A DNA stretch of 64,000 nt from Ruminiclostridium sp. (GCA_016282095.1 JAEEJW010000013.1:15411-79410), one strand, 5' to 3'; counted from the stretch's first letter, positions 1-9,192 are shown. Numbers and translations are program-made. The notes: a model not told the origin generated them from the letters alone.

Positions 1-1206
1 CATATCAATATAGAAGCACGCAACGTGAAGCTGAGCGCGGAGCTTTCCGACAGCGGCAGAAACACTATTGTTCCCGCATCTGACGCCGCTTGCAGAAAGG
101 GCATCGCGTCACACGGCGCGAGCTATATGTATATAGAGGACGCCCTCAAGGGTGAGCCCGCTCCGAGGCTCTTCAAAGTCTCGAATCCTTTCCCGTTCCC
201 AGAAAAGGCAGCTCTCGCATTCCTCGACGGACTTGATGAGGTACTCTGTATCGAGGAGCTTGACCCTGTGATAGAGCGCGAACTGACTTATATCTGCGGC
301 AAATATCATCTTAACGTTAAGATACGCGGAAAGCTGACCGGTGACGTGAAGAACGCCGGCGAGAATACCTGCGGCTCAGTCGCTGCAAACATAGCATCAT
401 TCCTGGGCCGGGAAGCTCCGGCTGCCGCGGAGGCAGAAACACCTCCGGCTCTGCCCGTAAGGCCGCCGGTGCTGTGCGCGGGCTGTCCGCACAGAGCATC
501 ATTCTTTGCGGTCAAGGAGGCAATGAAAGGCAGAAAGGCCGTGTTCTGCGGCGATATAGGCTGCTATACCCTCGGCAACGCAATGCCCCTTGACATGGTT
601 GATACCTGCCTGTGCATGGGCGCTGGAGTCAACATCACCCAGGGCATAGGCCGCATCGAGCCCGATACGACATGCTTCGCATTTGTGGGTGATTCCACAT
701 TCTTTGCCTCCGCGATAACCGGAGCCGTAAACGCAGTTTACAATCAGGCGGATATGACACTTGTGATACTCGACAACTCGACTACCGCAATGACCGGACA
801 CCAGCCTCACCCCGGCACCGGCCGCACCATGATGGGACAGGTCGTTGACAACGTAAGCATCGAAGCAGTACTGAAAGGCATCGGTGTAAAGACAGTCGAA
901 ACGGTAGATCCCCTCGACCTTAAAGCCGCGGTTGACTGCGTAAAGCGTGTGTCCGCGGAAAAAGGCGTCAAGGCTGTCATCTTCAGATCGCCCTGCGCAG
1001 TACTGATAAAGCCTGAAAATCCCGCCGTCATCGATGCTGACAAGTGCGTGAACTGCAAGAAGTGCATCAGATCTCTCGGCTGTCCGGGAATAGTGATGCG
1101 TGAAGGTAAGGTCGCCATTGAAAACTCGCTCTGCACGGGCTGCGGGCTCTGTTCGCAGGTATGTCCCGTCGGTGCGATAAGCGTAAAGGAGGGCGGCAGG
1201 AAATGA
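1..1206 (+). CDS. iorA: indolepyruvate:ferredoxin oxidoreductase alpha subunit, 5'-truncated by window edge
   Basis: The frame is open from nt 1, upstream of listed ORF 25..1206. It has a TPP-binding region (GDIGCYTLG ... GDSTFFASA) and two C-terminal 4Fe-4S motifs (CVNCKKCIRSLGCP, CTGCGLCSQVCP). It overlaps the next gene by 4 nt. Confidence 0.85.
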   Translation, partial: HINIEARNVKLSAELSDSGRNTIVPASDAACRKGIASHGASYMYIEDALKGEPAPRLFKVSNPFPFPEKAALAFLDGLDEVLCIEELDPVIERELTYICGKYHLNVKIRGKLTGDVKNAGENTCGSVAANIASFLGREAPAAAEAETPPALPVRPPVLCAGCPHRASFFAVKEAMKGRKAVFCGDIGCYTLGNAMPLDMVDTCLCMGAGVNITQGIGRIEPDTTCFAFVGDSTFFASAITGAVNAVYNQADMTLVILDNSTTAMTGHQPHPGTGRTMMGQVVDNVSIEAVLKGIGVKTVETVDPLDLKAAVDCVKRVSAEKGVKAVIFRSPCAVLIKPENPAVIDADKCVNCKKCIRSLGCPGIVMREGKVAIENSLCTGCGLCSQVCPVGAISVKEGGRK

Positions 1207-1781
1207 AAACGACAAATATTATGCTCTGCGGAGTAGGCGGTCAGGGCATCGTCCTCACGTCCAAGCTCATCGCCGCTGCAGCGGTGGAGCGCGGCATTCC
1301 CGTAAAAAGCGCCGAAACTATCGGTATGGCGCAGAAGGGCGGCAGCGTGTTCAGTTTCCTGCGGCTCGGGGAGGGCGCGTCAAGCCCCATGTTCCCCGAA
1401 GGAAGCGCCGATATACTGATCGGGTTCGAGCCCGCCGAGGCTGTGAGAATGTTCCCGTACCTGAAAAAAGAAGGCGCCGTGATAGTCAACACTCACGCGA
1501 TCATGCCCGTTACAGCGTCTCTCGGCGGCTCGGACTACAACGGCTCAGAAATGCTGGACTATCTGAAAAAACACGCCCGTTCGCTCACGATGATCGACGG
1601 CGAAAAGGCCTGCACGGAGATCGGTTCTCCGAGGGCTCTCAATATGGTAATGCTCGGCGCAGCGGTAGCTACAGGGCTCCTGCCGTTCACTCTGGCAGAA
1701 ATAGAAGAGACCATGAAAGCGACCGTAAAGCCGCAGTTTGTTGAACTGAACCTTAAAGCACTCAGATATATCAACCTATAA
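1203..1781 (+). CDS. iorB: indolepyruvate oxidoreductase beta subunit
   Basis: ATG at 1203 (MKTTNIMLCGVGGQGIV) within ORF 1161..1781. It carries the GVGGQG motif of the 2-oxoacid:ferredoxin oxidoreductase gamma-type domain and is coupled to iorA. Confidence 0.8.
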   Translation: MKTTNIMLCGVGGQGIVLTSKLIAAAAVERGIPVKSAETIGMAQKGGSVFSFLRLGEGASSPMFPEGSADILIGFEPAEAVRMFPYLKKEGAVIVNTHAIMPVTASLGGSDYNGSEMLDYLKKHARSLTMIDGEKACTEIGSPRALNMVMLGAAVATGLLPFTLAEIEETMKATVKPQFVELNLKALRYINL

Positions 1782-1803
1782 CAGCAGAAAGGACGTAAAC
1801 AAA

Positions 1804-3045
1804 ATGCAGATCACCGAAAAACAGCTCGCACAGGTAAACAGCCGCATAAAGGCGCTCGTTAATGCCGGCAGTTTCTACGGCAAAAAACTTGCTGCGGCAG
1901 GTATCACCGAAGTTAAAACAGCCGAGGATTTCCTTAAACTGCCGTTCTCGGAGAAGAAGGACCTCCGTGACGCCTATCCGCTGGGACTCATGACTGCTCC
2001 CGAGGAGGAGATAGTGCGTATCCATTCTTCCTCCGGCACCACCGGCACACCCGTTATTATCCCCTACACCCGCAAGGACGTTGAAGATTGGGCGACCATG
2101 TTCGCACGCTGCTATGAGACCGCGGGTATCACAAACAAAGACCGCATACAGATAACTCCCGGCTACGGGCTCTGGACTGCGGGTATAGGCTTTCAGGCAG
2201 GTGCCGAAAAACTCGGCGCTATGGTAATACCTATGGGCCCCGGCAATACGGACAAGCAGCTTGAAATGATGATAGCCATGGAATCCACGGTCATCTGCGC
2301 TACATCGTCCTACGCACTGCTGCTTGCGGAAGAGATACAAAAGCGCGGTCTGCGCGACAAGATAAAGCTGAAAAAGGGAGTAATAGGCTCCGAGCGCTGG
2401 AGTCAGAAAATGCGTGACCGCATAGCTTCCGAGCTTGGTATCGAACTTTACGATATCTACGGACTGACCGAGATATACGGCCCCGGTATAGGCATAAACT
2501 GCAAGGACGGCGAGGGTATGCATTACTGGGACGACTATCTCTATCTTGAGATCATCGACCCCAGGACCGGTATGCCTGTTCCTGACGGCGAAGAGGGCGA
2601 GATAGTAATTACCACTCTCGTCAAGGAGGGCGCTCCGCTCATTCGTTACCGTACACATGACCTGTCCCGCATTATCCCCGGCGAGTGCGGATGCGGACGC
2701 AGCTACCCGCGCATCGGCACGATAATGGGCCGCACGGACGATATGATGAAAATAAAAGGTGTCAACGTATTCCCGAGTCAGATAGAAGAAATACTCGGCA
2801 CATTCCCGGAAATATCCAGCGAATACCAGATACGCATTTCACACCTTGACGGCAAGGACACCATGCGCATATATGTCGAGACCACCGGAAATATCGACTT
2901 TGACGCCCTGTCAAAACGCATAGCCGAGCGCGTAAAGAGCAAGATAGGCTTTACTCCGATAGTCAAGGCTGTCGAGGTGGGAGTTCTGCCGCGCAGCATG
3001 AAAAAGACCGCCCGTGTCATCGACGAACGGTATGATGAAAATTAA
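1804..3045 (+). CDS. paaK: phenylacetate-CoA ligase
   Basis: 413 aa with the adenylate-forming P-loop SSGTTGTPV. Length and architecture are typical of PaaK, and the position after iorAB fits the conserved aromatic-acid operon. Confidence 0.85.
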   Translation: MQITEKQLAQVNSRIKALVNAGSFYGKKLAAAGITEVKTAEDFLKLPFSEKKDLRDAYPLGLMTAPEEEIVRIHSSSGTTGTPVIIPYTRKDVEDWATMFARCYETAGITNKDRIQITPGYGLWTAGIGFQAGAEKLGAMVIPMGPGNTDKQLEMMIAMESTVICATSSYALLLAEEIQKRGLRDKIKLKKGVIGSERWSQKMRDRIASELGIELYDIYGLTEIYGPGIGINCKDGEGMHYWDDYLYLEIIDPRTGMPVPDGEEGEIVITTLVKEGAPLIRYRTHDLSRIIPGECGCGRSYPRIGTIMGRTDDMMKIKGVNVFPSQIEEILGTFPEISSEYQIRISHLDGKDTMRIYVETTGNIDFDALSKRIAERVKSKIGFTPIVKAVEVGVLPRSMKKTARVIDERYDEN

Positions 3046-3048
3046 GTG

Positions 3049-3078
3049 TTGACATTTTGTCTTCAAGTATGTTATAAT
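3049..3078 (+). promoter_or_regulatory. sigma-A type promoter of rnpB
   Basis: TTGACA (3049-3054), 18-nt spacer, extended -10 TGtTATAAT (TATAAT 3073-3078). The predicted start is about 3084, which matches the rnpB 5' end. Confidence 0.6.
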
Positions 3079-3083
3079 TCAAA

Positions 3084-3424
3084 GGCAGACTAAACCAGGT
3101 GGACGCGCGAGTGATCGTGAGGAAAGTCCGGGCATCACAGAGCGGGGCAGCTGCTAACGGCAGCCGAGGGCGACCTCAGGGCCAGTGCAACAGAGATATA
3201 CCGCAGGACTTGTTCCTGTAAGGGTGGAAAGGCGAGGTAAGAGCTCACCGGGTACGCGGAGACGCGTATGCCATGTAAACCCTGTCCGATGCAACGCTGA
3301 ATGGTTCGGGGAAGAATGTGCCTGCTCGGCGCACCCTGTTTAAGGCGGCTTGAGCCTGTCGGCGACGGCAGGACCAGATAGATGTTCACCAAATACAAAA
3401 CCCGGCTTACAGATTTAGTCTGTG
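3084..3424 (+). ncRNA. rnpB: RNase P RNA (bacterial type A-like)
   Basis: P4 strands GAGGAAAGTCCGGGC (about 3117-3133) and ACAAAACCCGGCTTAC (about 3395-3410). It also has the conserved AGGGTGGAAAGGCGAGGTAAGAGCTCACCGG core. The 5' GGCAGACTAAA pairs with the 3' TTTAGTCTGT (P1). Confidence 0.85.
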
Positions 3425-3443
3425 CGCGGTTTTCGCGCCAATA

Positions 3444-3477
3444 ATCCGTGCGGCAGTCAATGCTGTACGGATTTTTT
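3444..3477 (+). terminator. rho-independent terminator after rnpB
   Basis: ATCCGT...ACGGAT stem followed by TTTTTT (3472-3477). Confidence 0.55.
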
Positions 3478-3524
3478 GTTTTTGCCGCTGTTATTCGATG
3501 CTCTTTGAGAAATATGCCGTATGT

Positions 3525-3563
3525 AAAAACAGCTCCTTCTTACGAACAGAAGGAGCTGTTTTC
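3525..3563. terminator. bidirectional hairpin terminator
   Basis: AAAAA-CAGCTCCTTCT-tacgaac-AGAAGGAGCTG-TTTT. It lies 30 nt downstream of the minus-strand gene ending at 3594. Confidence 0.6.
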
Positions 3564-3593
3564 TTACAGGTCAAAATTTGAAGCGATGGTTCA

Positions 3594-4649
3594 TCAATAC
3601 TCGTACATCTTCTTGTGGAGCACGGAATGGATTATTACGGGAACCACGCCAACGAGCAGGAATGTGCCGACAGCGCAGCCGAGTGCGATCAGTATGCTTC
3701 CGAGGCTGAACCCGCCGCCGTTGCTGCCGGTCGTGGATGCCGCAGCCGCAGCGCCGGTCGTTGTAGTTGTCTCCGCTTCTGTCTCCTTGGCAGGCTTGGT
3801 TGCTGCTGTGGTCTCAGCAGGTTCTGCCGGATCGTCCTCAATAGCGACTTCTTCGGTATTACCGGGCTCATCTATGATTGCCGCGCCGCCGTCATCGGGA
3901 ACTGTGGGCTCTGGGGGCTGTGTGGTATCATCCTGAGAAGGCTGCTGAGCGGTAGTAGCTGCTGTGGTAGCCGCAGCAGTGGCCGCTGTGGTAGCAGCTG
4001 TGGTGCCTGCGGGAGCTGTCTTGGTAACATAGGTTCCGGAAACATATCCCGTGCCTGCTCCGTTCTGTATTGCCAGCCAGCCGTTGTTCGTACCCTTGAC
4101 GACTATCTCCTGTCCGGGATAGAGCGAACCGAGAACCTTATAGTCCGTACCGGGGCCGGAACGAATATTGATACCGTCCGTAGCATAGGCCTTATACTCC
4201 GTTACCGGCGTATAGGTCGGTGCCTGCGAAGCGGGAGCCTGTGTGGCGGGTGCCTGAGTAGCAGGAGCCTGGGTACTGTCCGGTTCGGGATCTTCGGGGT
4301 CTTCTTCCTCGGCATCTTCTTCATCAAGATCAAGAGAAGCATCGTCGGGATCTTCTTCATCCTCGCCAAGGTCCTCGATATCACCTTCGGAATCGGACTC
4401 GTCAGGATCGAAAGCGCCGATATCCTCGTCAATGAGGTCATCACCGTTATCCGTTACATCGACTATCTCGTCGTCGGAGCCAACAGAGGTATCTACTTCC
4501 TCCGTATCGTCTGTATTGCTGTCACCGCTCTGTATAGTCTCGATTTCATCCGCTGTGTTGTCCTGCTGCGCGTAAACAGGTACCGCTGCATACAATGAAA
4601 GTATAGCTGCTGCGATCAGCACGGACATATATTTTTTCAGCTTTTTCAA
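3594..4649 (-). CDS. secreted/membrane-anchored bacterial SH3 domain protein with acidic and Thr/Ala/Pro low-complexity tracts
   Basis: Signal peptide (MSVLIAAAILSLYAAVPVYA) and SH3b-like segment (GINIRSGPGTDYKVLGSLYPGQEIVVKG..GWLAI). It has a QAPATQAPATQAPASQAP repeat and a C-terminal TM helix. The start is ambiguous: TTG 4649 behind AAGGA, or ATG 4628. The ORF-track start 4736 is unlikely. Confidence 0.6.
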   Translation of the reverse strand: MKKLKKYMSVLIAAAILSLYAAVPVYAQQDNTADEIETIQSGDSNTDDTEEVDTSVGSDDEIVDVTDNGDDLIDEDIGAFDPDESDSEGDIEDLGEDEEDPDDASLDLDEEDAEEEDPEDPEPDSTQAPATQAPATQAPASQAPTYTPVTEYKAYATDGINIRSGPGTDYKVLGSLYPGQEIVVKGTNNGWLAIQNGAGTGYVSGTYVTKTAPAGTTAATTAATAAATTAATTAQQPSQDDTTQPPEPTVPDDGGAAIIDEPGNTEEVAIEDDPAEPAETTAATKPAKETEAETTTTTGAAAAASTTGSNGGGFSLGSILIALGCAVGTFLLVGVVPVIIHSVLHKKMYEY

Positions 4650-4760
4650 GTTATCATATCCTTTCTTTGTATATATATAATGTATTATACAACATTTTTC
4701 TCTGTTTGTAAATATTTTTTTGCTTTTTTTCGACAATTTTACGCAAAAAATGATCCCGGC

Positions 4761-5888
4761 TTATTTATTTGCAAGATATTCTGCTATAACGAGGTCAACT
4801 ACCCTGCCGTAGCTCTTTGTGCCATCAGTCTGATCGTTTATTTTCAGGTAAACATCATTTATCGCTTCGGCAACCTGCCCGAAATCGTGACGGTAGCGAT
4901 CCCAGAATTCGTTTTGCATTACAAGCTGCTTCCGGGCATAGTCCGGTATCTCAGCGAACACCGCCGAATATTCTTCTGACGTTGCCTCAGGGTAATAAGC
5001 GTTGAGCAGGTATATCATTACATCATACCAGCCGCAGTATGTGAGATAATCATCGCTGCTGCCGCGGCAGGCAAGATATGCTATGTAATTTGCTTCATCC
5101 TCACGCATGAAACCGGTCATGTGCGAAAGTTCATGGCAAACAGTATGTCCTAACTCCTCCGGAACATCGTTAGTGTTGTAGTTCGATTCCATGGAATAGA
5201 ACGTGAATATGCCGGTAATATGTCCGTGACACATAAGCTCGGAAAGCATTACCGGCTTGACCCGCGGATAATACGAACGCAGGCTCTCATATCTTTCGCC
5301 GAGTTTCTCCATAGCCGCGGAAGCCCGATCCGCAAGATCGTCCGGCACGATGATATGTCCATCTTCGTCGAGGATTATACTCTCACCGGCTGCTGCAAGA
5401 TTATCTATAACATATTCCAGCGTTTCAAGCACCTGGGCTTTGGTGTATTTTCCTGTAGTCAGCCCCGCTATTTCCGAAAAAGGCTTTCTGCTGTAATTTA
5501 TACCCATACCGTAAGCGTATTCGAAAAGAAGCAGTCCCAGCACCAGCACTATACTTGACGCCGACGAAAGTATGAACTGACCCCGGCTGCCTTTACGTCG
5601 GATCAGGCCGACGATAAAGTACACGATACCAGTAAGCAGCAGCAAAACACCGCAGATCACCATGATCTCCGCGACAGAGAACGGAAATATTCCGCTTATC
5701 CGGGCAAACACATTCACTACTGCGGGATAAATACCGAATCCATAGCCGTCGGCGAATCCTTCCGCACACCGCGCCGCGATCAGACCCGCTGCACCGAGCA
5801 GCAACCCTGCTCCTCCGACCGCGAACCTTATAAGCGGAAATGTTCGTTTTTCTGTTTTCTGCTTCTTTTTACTTTTCTTCGGTTTCAT
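4761..5888 (-). CDS. DUF3810-family membrane protein (HExxH zinc-peptidase-like)
   Basis: 375 aa with N-terminal TM helices and the motif CHELSHMTGFMREDEANYIAYLAC, which is characteristic of DUF3810. Confidence 0.6.
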   Translation of the reverse strand: MKPKKSKKKQKTEKRTFPLIRFAVGGAGLLLGAAGLIAARCAEGFADGYGFGIYPAVVNVFARISGIFPFSVAEIMVICGVLLLLTGIVYFIVGLIRRKGSRGQFILSSASSIVLVLGLLLFEYAYGMGINYSRKPFSEIAGLTTGKYTKAQVLETLEYVIDNLAAAGESIILDEDGHIIVPDDLADRASAAMEKLGERYESLRSYYPRVKPVMLSELMCHGHITGIFTFYSMESNYNTNDVPEELGHTVCHELSHMTGFMREDEANYIAYLACRGSSDDYLTYCGWYDVMIYLLNAYYPEATSEEYSAVFAEIPDYARKQLVMQNEFWDRYRHDFGQVAEAINDVYLKINDQTDGTKSYGRVVDLVIAEYLANK

Positions 5889-5979
5889 TATTATCCTGCT
5901 TTCAATAGAGTAATTCTATTATAGCAACTTTCGGGACATATTTCAATATCCCGCGTTATTTTCCGTATTTTTCCATGAA

Positions 5980-6013
5980 ATATCCCGTCCGCGGTAATCC
6001 GCAGACGGGATAT
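5980..6013 (-). terminator. stem-loop immediately after the last pilin-like gene
   Basis: 10-bp stem ATATCCCGTC / GACGGGATAT, 4 nt past the stop at 6017. There is no clear U-tract. Confidence 0.4.
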
Positions 6014-6016
6014 CTG

Positions 6017-6640
6017 TCATACTATTATTACAGGGGACGTACCGACAGTAACACCGTTAACGGTTATACCGCCTTCATCATTACCCCAATGGAAATCATC
6101 GACATCCCAGCCCGTCGTACTATTGAACGGAGGCATATCGTCAACAGCTGTTGTCTGCTCGTCAGTGAAATACAGTGCATAGCACATACCGCCGACAAGC
6201 CGGAATCTGCAATAGCCGTTTTCCAGTTCAACAAACGCGTTCGCAAGATGAGAAGCCATTCTCTCTTCCGCATTGAGAATATCCGGATCAGTGTCCCTGT
6301 TACATGTACCGGAACCGGTCCAGAGTGTAGCATACTGTTTCAGAAAAACATCTTGTGTAGATGTTTTGACTGTCCAGTTTCCATTTATTATTTCCACATC
6401 GACATCGCAGATAGCATCATGGGTACGGAACATTCCGTATCCCTCAGAACCTGCCTGTGTCATGAAATAGGTCACGCTGTCGCGCATCTTCCCCGCTGTC
6501 GAATTTGAATTCGCGACATGTGCGCGAGTAGCATAGCCGAGCATCGTAGGTATAAGTATCGCGGCAAGAACTCCGATAATAGCTATAACAACGATGATCT
6601 CAACAAGCGTGAATCCCTTTTTCTTCTTCAATTTTAACAT
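6017..6640 (-). CDS. type IV pilin-like protein (prepilin-type N-terminal cleavage/methylation domain), paralog of the 8518..9192 pilin
   Basis: KKKKG/FTLVEIIVVIAIIGVLAAILIPTM class III signal. It shares NGNWTV, LVGGMCYALYFT and the C-terminal GITVNGVTVGTSP blocks with the major pilin. Start is ATG 6640 (the ORF track gives GTG 6652). Confidence 0.75.
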   Translation of the reverse strand: MLKLKKKKGFTLVEIIVVIAIIGVLAAILIPTMLGYATRAHVANSNSTAGKMRDSVTYFMTQAGSEGYGMFRTHDAICDVDVEIINGNWTVKTSTQDVFLKQYATLWTGSGTCNRDTDPDILNAEERMASHLANAFVELENGYCRFRLVGGMCYALYFTDEQTTAVDDMPPFNSTTGWDVDDFHWGNDEGGITVNGVTVGTSPVIIV

Positions 6641-6675
6641 TTTCTTCAACACCGCCCCATACCGAAGGCTTTAGC

Positions 6676-7278
6676 CTACAGTATATCGGAGAAACGGAAA
6701 GTCTTTGCGTTCGGGGCGCACAGTGCAAGCGGGTATGCACAGCAATATTCTCCGGTCGCGAGGACACATTCGTCATCGAATCCTGTCCCTGCATCAAATA
6801 TGTAATTTTCGAGCCAGTATGAGCCAACCACTCTGTATTTCGTATCACAAGCAACAACAATCCAACCTGACAAATCTCTGATATTGTCAATGGTAAGATA
6901 ATTTTCCATCTTCTCCTTGACTTTTCTTTCAATAGGATCTGTGGGTTGCGCAGGAAAGACTGCCTCATTCTTTACATCGTACTTAGAATCAACAGTAAAA
7001 CTGCCCATCTCTACTAATCCGCCGTCTTTGTTTATCTCAGCGTAATAGCAGGTATAGTCGGCAGGTACCTTTGCCTCTATCGCTTTGCAGTCAGTAAGCA
7101 CCTCCTGAACCTTGTAATACATATCCTTTGCCAAAGCTTTCGCAACTGCAGGTTTTGTATCATAGTACACCATCGGTATCACCATAGCGAGCAGTATCGT
7201 GATAATTGCAACAACGACAATGAGCTCAACGATAGTGAATCCCTTTTTTGCCTTCAGGCGAGCGATCCATGATATCAT
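6676..7278 (-). CDS. divergent type IV pilin-like (minor pilin/pseudopilin) protein
   Basis: MISWIARLKAKKG/FTIVELIVVVAIITILLAMVIP. ATG 7278 is preceded by AAGGGGGA. The C-terminal body is unrelated to the other three pilins. Confidence 0.7.
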   Translation of the reverse strand: MISWIARLKAKKGFTIVELIVVVAIITILLAMVIPMVYYDTKPAVAKALAKDMYYKVQEVLTDCKAIEAKVPADYTCYYAEINKDGGLVEMGSFTVDSKYDVKNEAVFPAQPTDPIERKVKEKMENYLTIDNIRDLSGWIVVACDTKYRVVGSYWLENYIFDAGTGFDDECVLATGEYCCAYPLALCAPNAKTFRFSDIL

Positions 7279-7473
7279 CGGATATTCCCCCTTTTTATAA
7301 TTTATAAAAAAGGAGCATTGCGGTGTCAAAGAAAAATTAAATCGGTATACCGATTTCCCGCCGCGACGGGAATTTCCGCTGTGCTCCTTTTAATAACATA
7401 TTTTTCTATTTATGGCATACATACGCGCCCTCAGACTACTGTGAACGCTAAACCGATAATATAAACTCCGGTT

Positions 7474-8346
7474 TTATTTCTTTTTAACAGTAACCAGTTT
7501 GCTTGTATAACCTATCGTTGGCGCTGTTCCTACGATCCAGCCGTCAACATCCAATCCCGCCTGATCATCCCATATACGGAAATCGGTTTCCTCGGGCCAA
7601 TCTCCTACGAAAGGACTGAAATTCGGCATACAATATCCCGTATCGGTATTATTACTTTTAACGAGTGCAGGACGCGAACCCTGACTGTCGCCGGCGGATC
7701 GGCTTGCGGGCTTTCCGTCTTTCTGGGTAAATGTCTTTAATATGTCATCCGGTATTTCAGAATAATTTGTCTGTGCCCATACAATAGTACGATCGGGGAT
7801 ATAAACTATTCCGCGGCACACACTGTCGTTGAAGAAAGCCATAACAAAACCGTCTCTTACATCGCCGAGCATTTCTGCCACAAGCCTGCACATAGCAAGA
7901 GAGTGGTTGGGATCATATATACTGTTATCTTCCGGCAGCAATCTGGCTTTATTCTGATACCACCAGTTCTGGCAATCATAGAATGTCTTCTTGCCGTCAG
8001 GGTCCGTAACTTTATTACCCTTTGCATCCCTATAATTCGGATCGACCTTACATTCGGTCTTTACAAGCCAACGATGATCGCTGCATACAAATATCATCTG
8101 CGCATTGAGGTGCTTTCCGCGTCTCATTCCCTGGCCCTTAAGGTTGAGGTCAAGCAGAAAACCGCTTATAGCCTTTCTTATCTGGGCAGCCGAGGCGTTT
8201 GCTGTCATGATTTTAGCATCTGTGAAATAATGAGTTACAGTAGGGAGCATCATGCTTGATATAACAGCAATAATAGCCATTACACAAGTCATTTCCACAA
8301 GTGTAAAGCCTTTTTTGCGTTTTAATTTCTGTAAGAACCGTAACAT
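7474..8346 (-). CDS. large type IV pilin-like protein
   Basis: MLRFLQKLKRKKG/FTLVEMTCVMAIIAV, with ATG 8346 behind AAAGAGGTG. The C-terminal block GLDVDGWIVGTAP is shared with the pilins at 8518 and 6017. Confidence 0.7.
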   Translation of the reverse strand: MLRFLQKLKRKKGFTLVEMTCVMAIIAVISSMMLPTVTHYFTDAKIMTANASAAQIRKAISGFLLDLNLKGQGMRRGKHLNAQMIFVCSDHRWLVKTECKVDPNYRDAKGNKVTDPDGKKTFYDCQNWWYQNKARLLPEDNSIYDPNHSLAMCRLVAEMLGDVRDGFVMAFFNDSVCRGIVYIPDRTIVWAQTNYSEIPDDILKTFTQKDGKPASRSAGDSQGSRPALVKSNNTDTGYCMPNFSPFVGDWPEETDFRIWDDQAGLDVDGWIVGTAPTIGYTSKLVTVKKK

Positions 8347-8460
8347 AAGCGGCACCTCTTTCATTTATTTATAAGCATTGCCGGAGAGCCGGAACCTGTG
8401 TCTCATTCGTGATAGGTCATTTCAGGGTTTGAGGCTATCAAGCCCTAAAATCACCTATTT

Positions 8461-8482
8461 CCCCCGCGGTTACCCACGGGGG
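8461..8482 (-). terminator. strong stem-loop (9-bp stem, GTAA tetraloop) between major pilin and downstream pilin genes; candidate partial terminator
   Basis: Minus strand reads CCCCCGTGG-GTAA-CCGCGGGGG, 36 nt after the stop at 8518. The downstream tract is only weakly U-rich. Confidence 0.5.
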
Positions 8483-8517
8483 AAAAGAGTGTTTGTTGTT
8501 CAGAAACTCAAGTCAGA

Positions 8518-9192
8518 TTATGACGAGAGAGCGCCCTCAGTAGCTGCGAGCTGGAGAACAGGAGCAGAACCAACGATGGAACCGTCTGTATCGATACCAG
8601 GTGTGGAGTTAGCCCAACCATAAGCAGTAGGCCACTTAGCGAAACCGTCGCCAGAGAACTTGTCGAATACGCCTGTTGTATCACTGTTGTGCTCAACTGT
8701 GTAGATAACGCCCATGCACTTGCCGCCAACGAGCTGTGCCTTCATAACGCCGGACTGAATCTCAGGGAAGAGTTCCTTAAGATCAAGTGCGAGAACATTG
8801 TTGATGTTAGCGTCAGCCTTGTTAGCGTTTTGGCTTGTGCCGCTTGCTGTCCAGTTCTTGCCACCCTTGGTGTTGAAGTCGCCTGAGGCGCCTGTGCCAG
8901 CCATTGTAACTGTCCACTCGCTGTTGTCAACTTTGATCGTTATAACTTCCTTGTTGTCGGAGCCCTTCTTCATGCCATAACCGTTGGTATCGCATGTTGT
9001 CAGGAAGCCATCGATCTCGTTCTTGATCGAAGAAGCGGTGGAGTTAGCCGATGTAACCTTGGACTGTGTTACATAACCTAACATGGTCGGAATGAGGATC
9101 GCTGCGAGTACGCCGATGATAGCGATAACAACGATCAGCTCAACGAGTGTGAAGCCCTTCTTAGCCTTGAGCTTCTGAAAATACTTTATCAT
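8518..9192 (-). CDS. major type IV pilin-like protein
   Basis: MIKYFQKLKAKKG/FTLVELIVVIAIIGVLAAILIPTMLGYV. It has a strong RBS (GAAGGAGGAAAATGCTATG), its own promoter and structured 5' UTR, and is the first gene of the four-gene array. Confidence 0.8.
   Translation of the reverse strand: MIKYFQKLKAKKGFTLVELIVVIAIIGVLAAILIPTMLGYVTQSKVTSANSTASSIKNEIDGFLTTCDTNGYGMKKGSDNKEVITIKVDNSEWTVTMAGTGASGDFNTKGGKNWTASGTSQNANKADANINNVLALDLKELFPEIQSGVMKAQLVGGKCMGVIYTVEHNSDTTGVFDKFSGDGFAKWPTAYGWANSTPGIDTDGSIVGSAPVLQLAATEGALSS

Noticed and set aside
3448-4598. Plus-strand ORFs 3448..3936 and 3615..4598, antisense to the SH3 low-complexity gene.
   Set aside because: They are reverse-complement artefacts of Thr/Ala/Pro/Asp repeat coding. 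The minus-strand frame has a signal peptide, an SH3b segment and a TM anchor.
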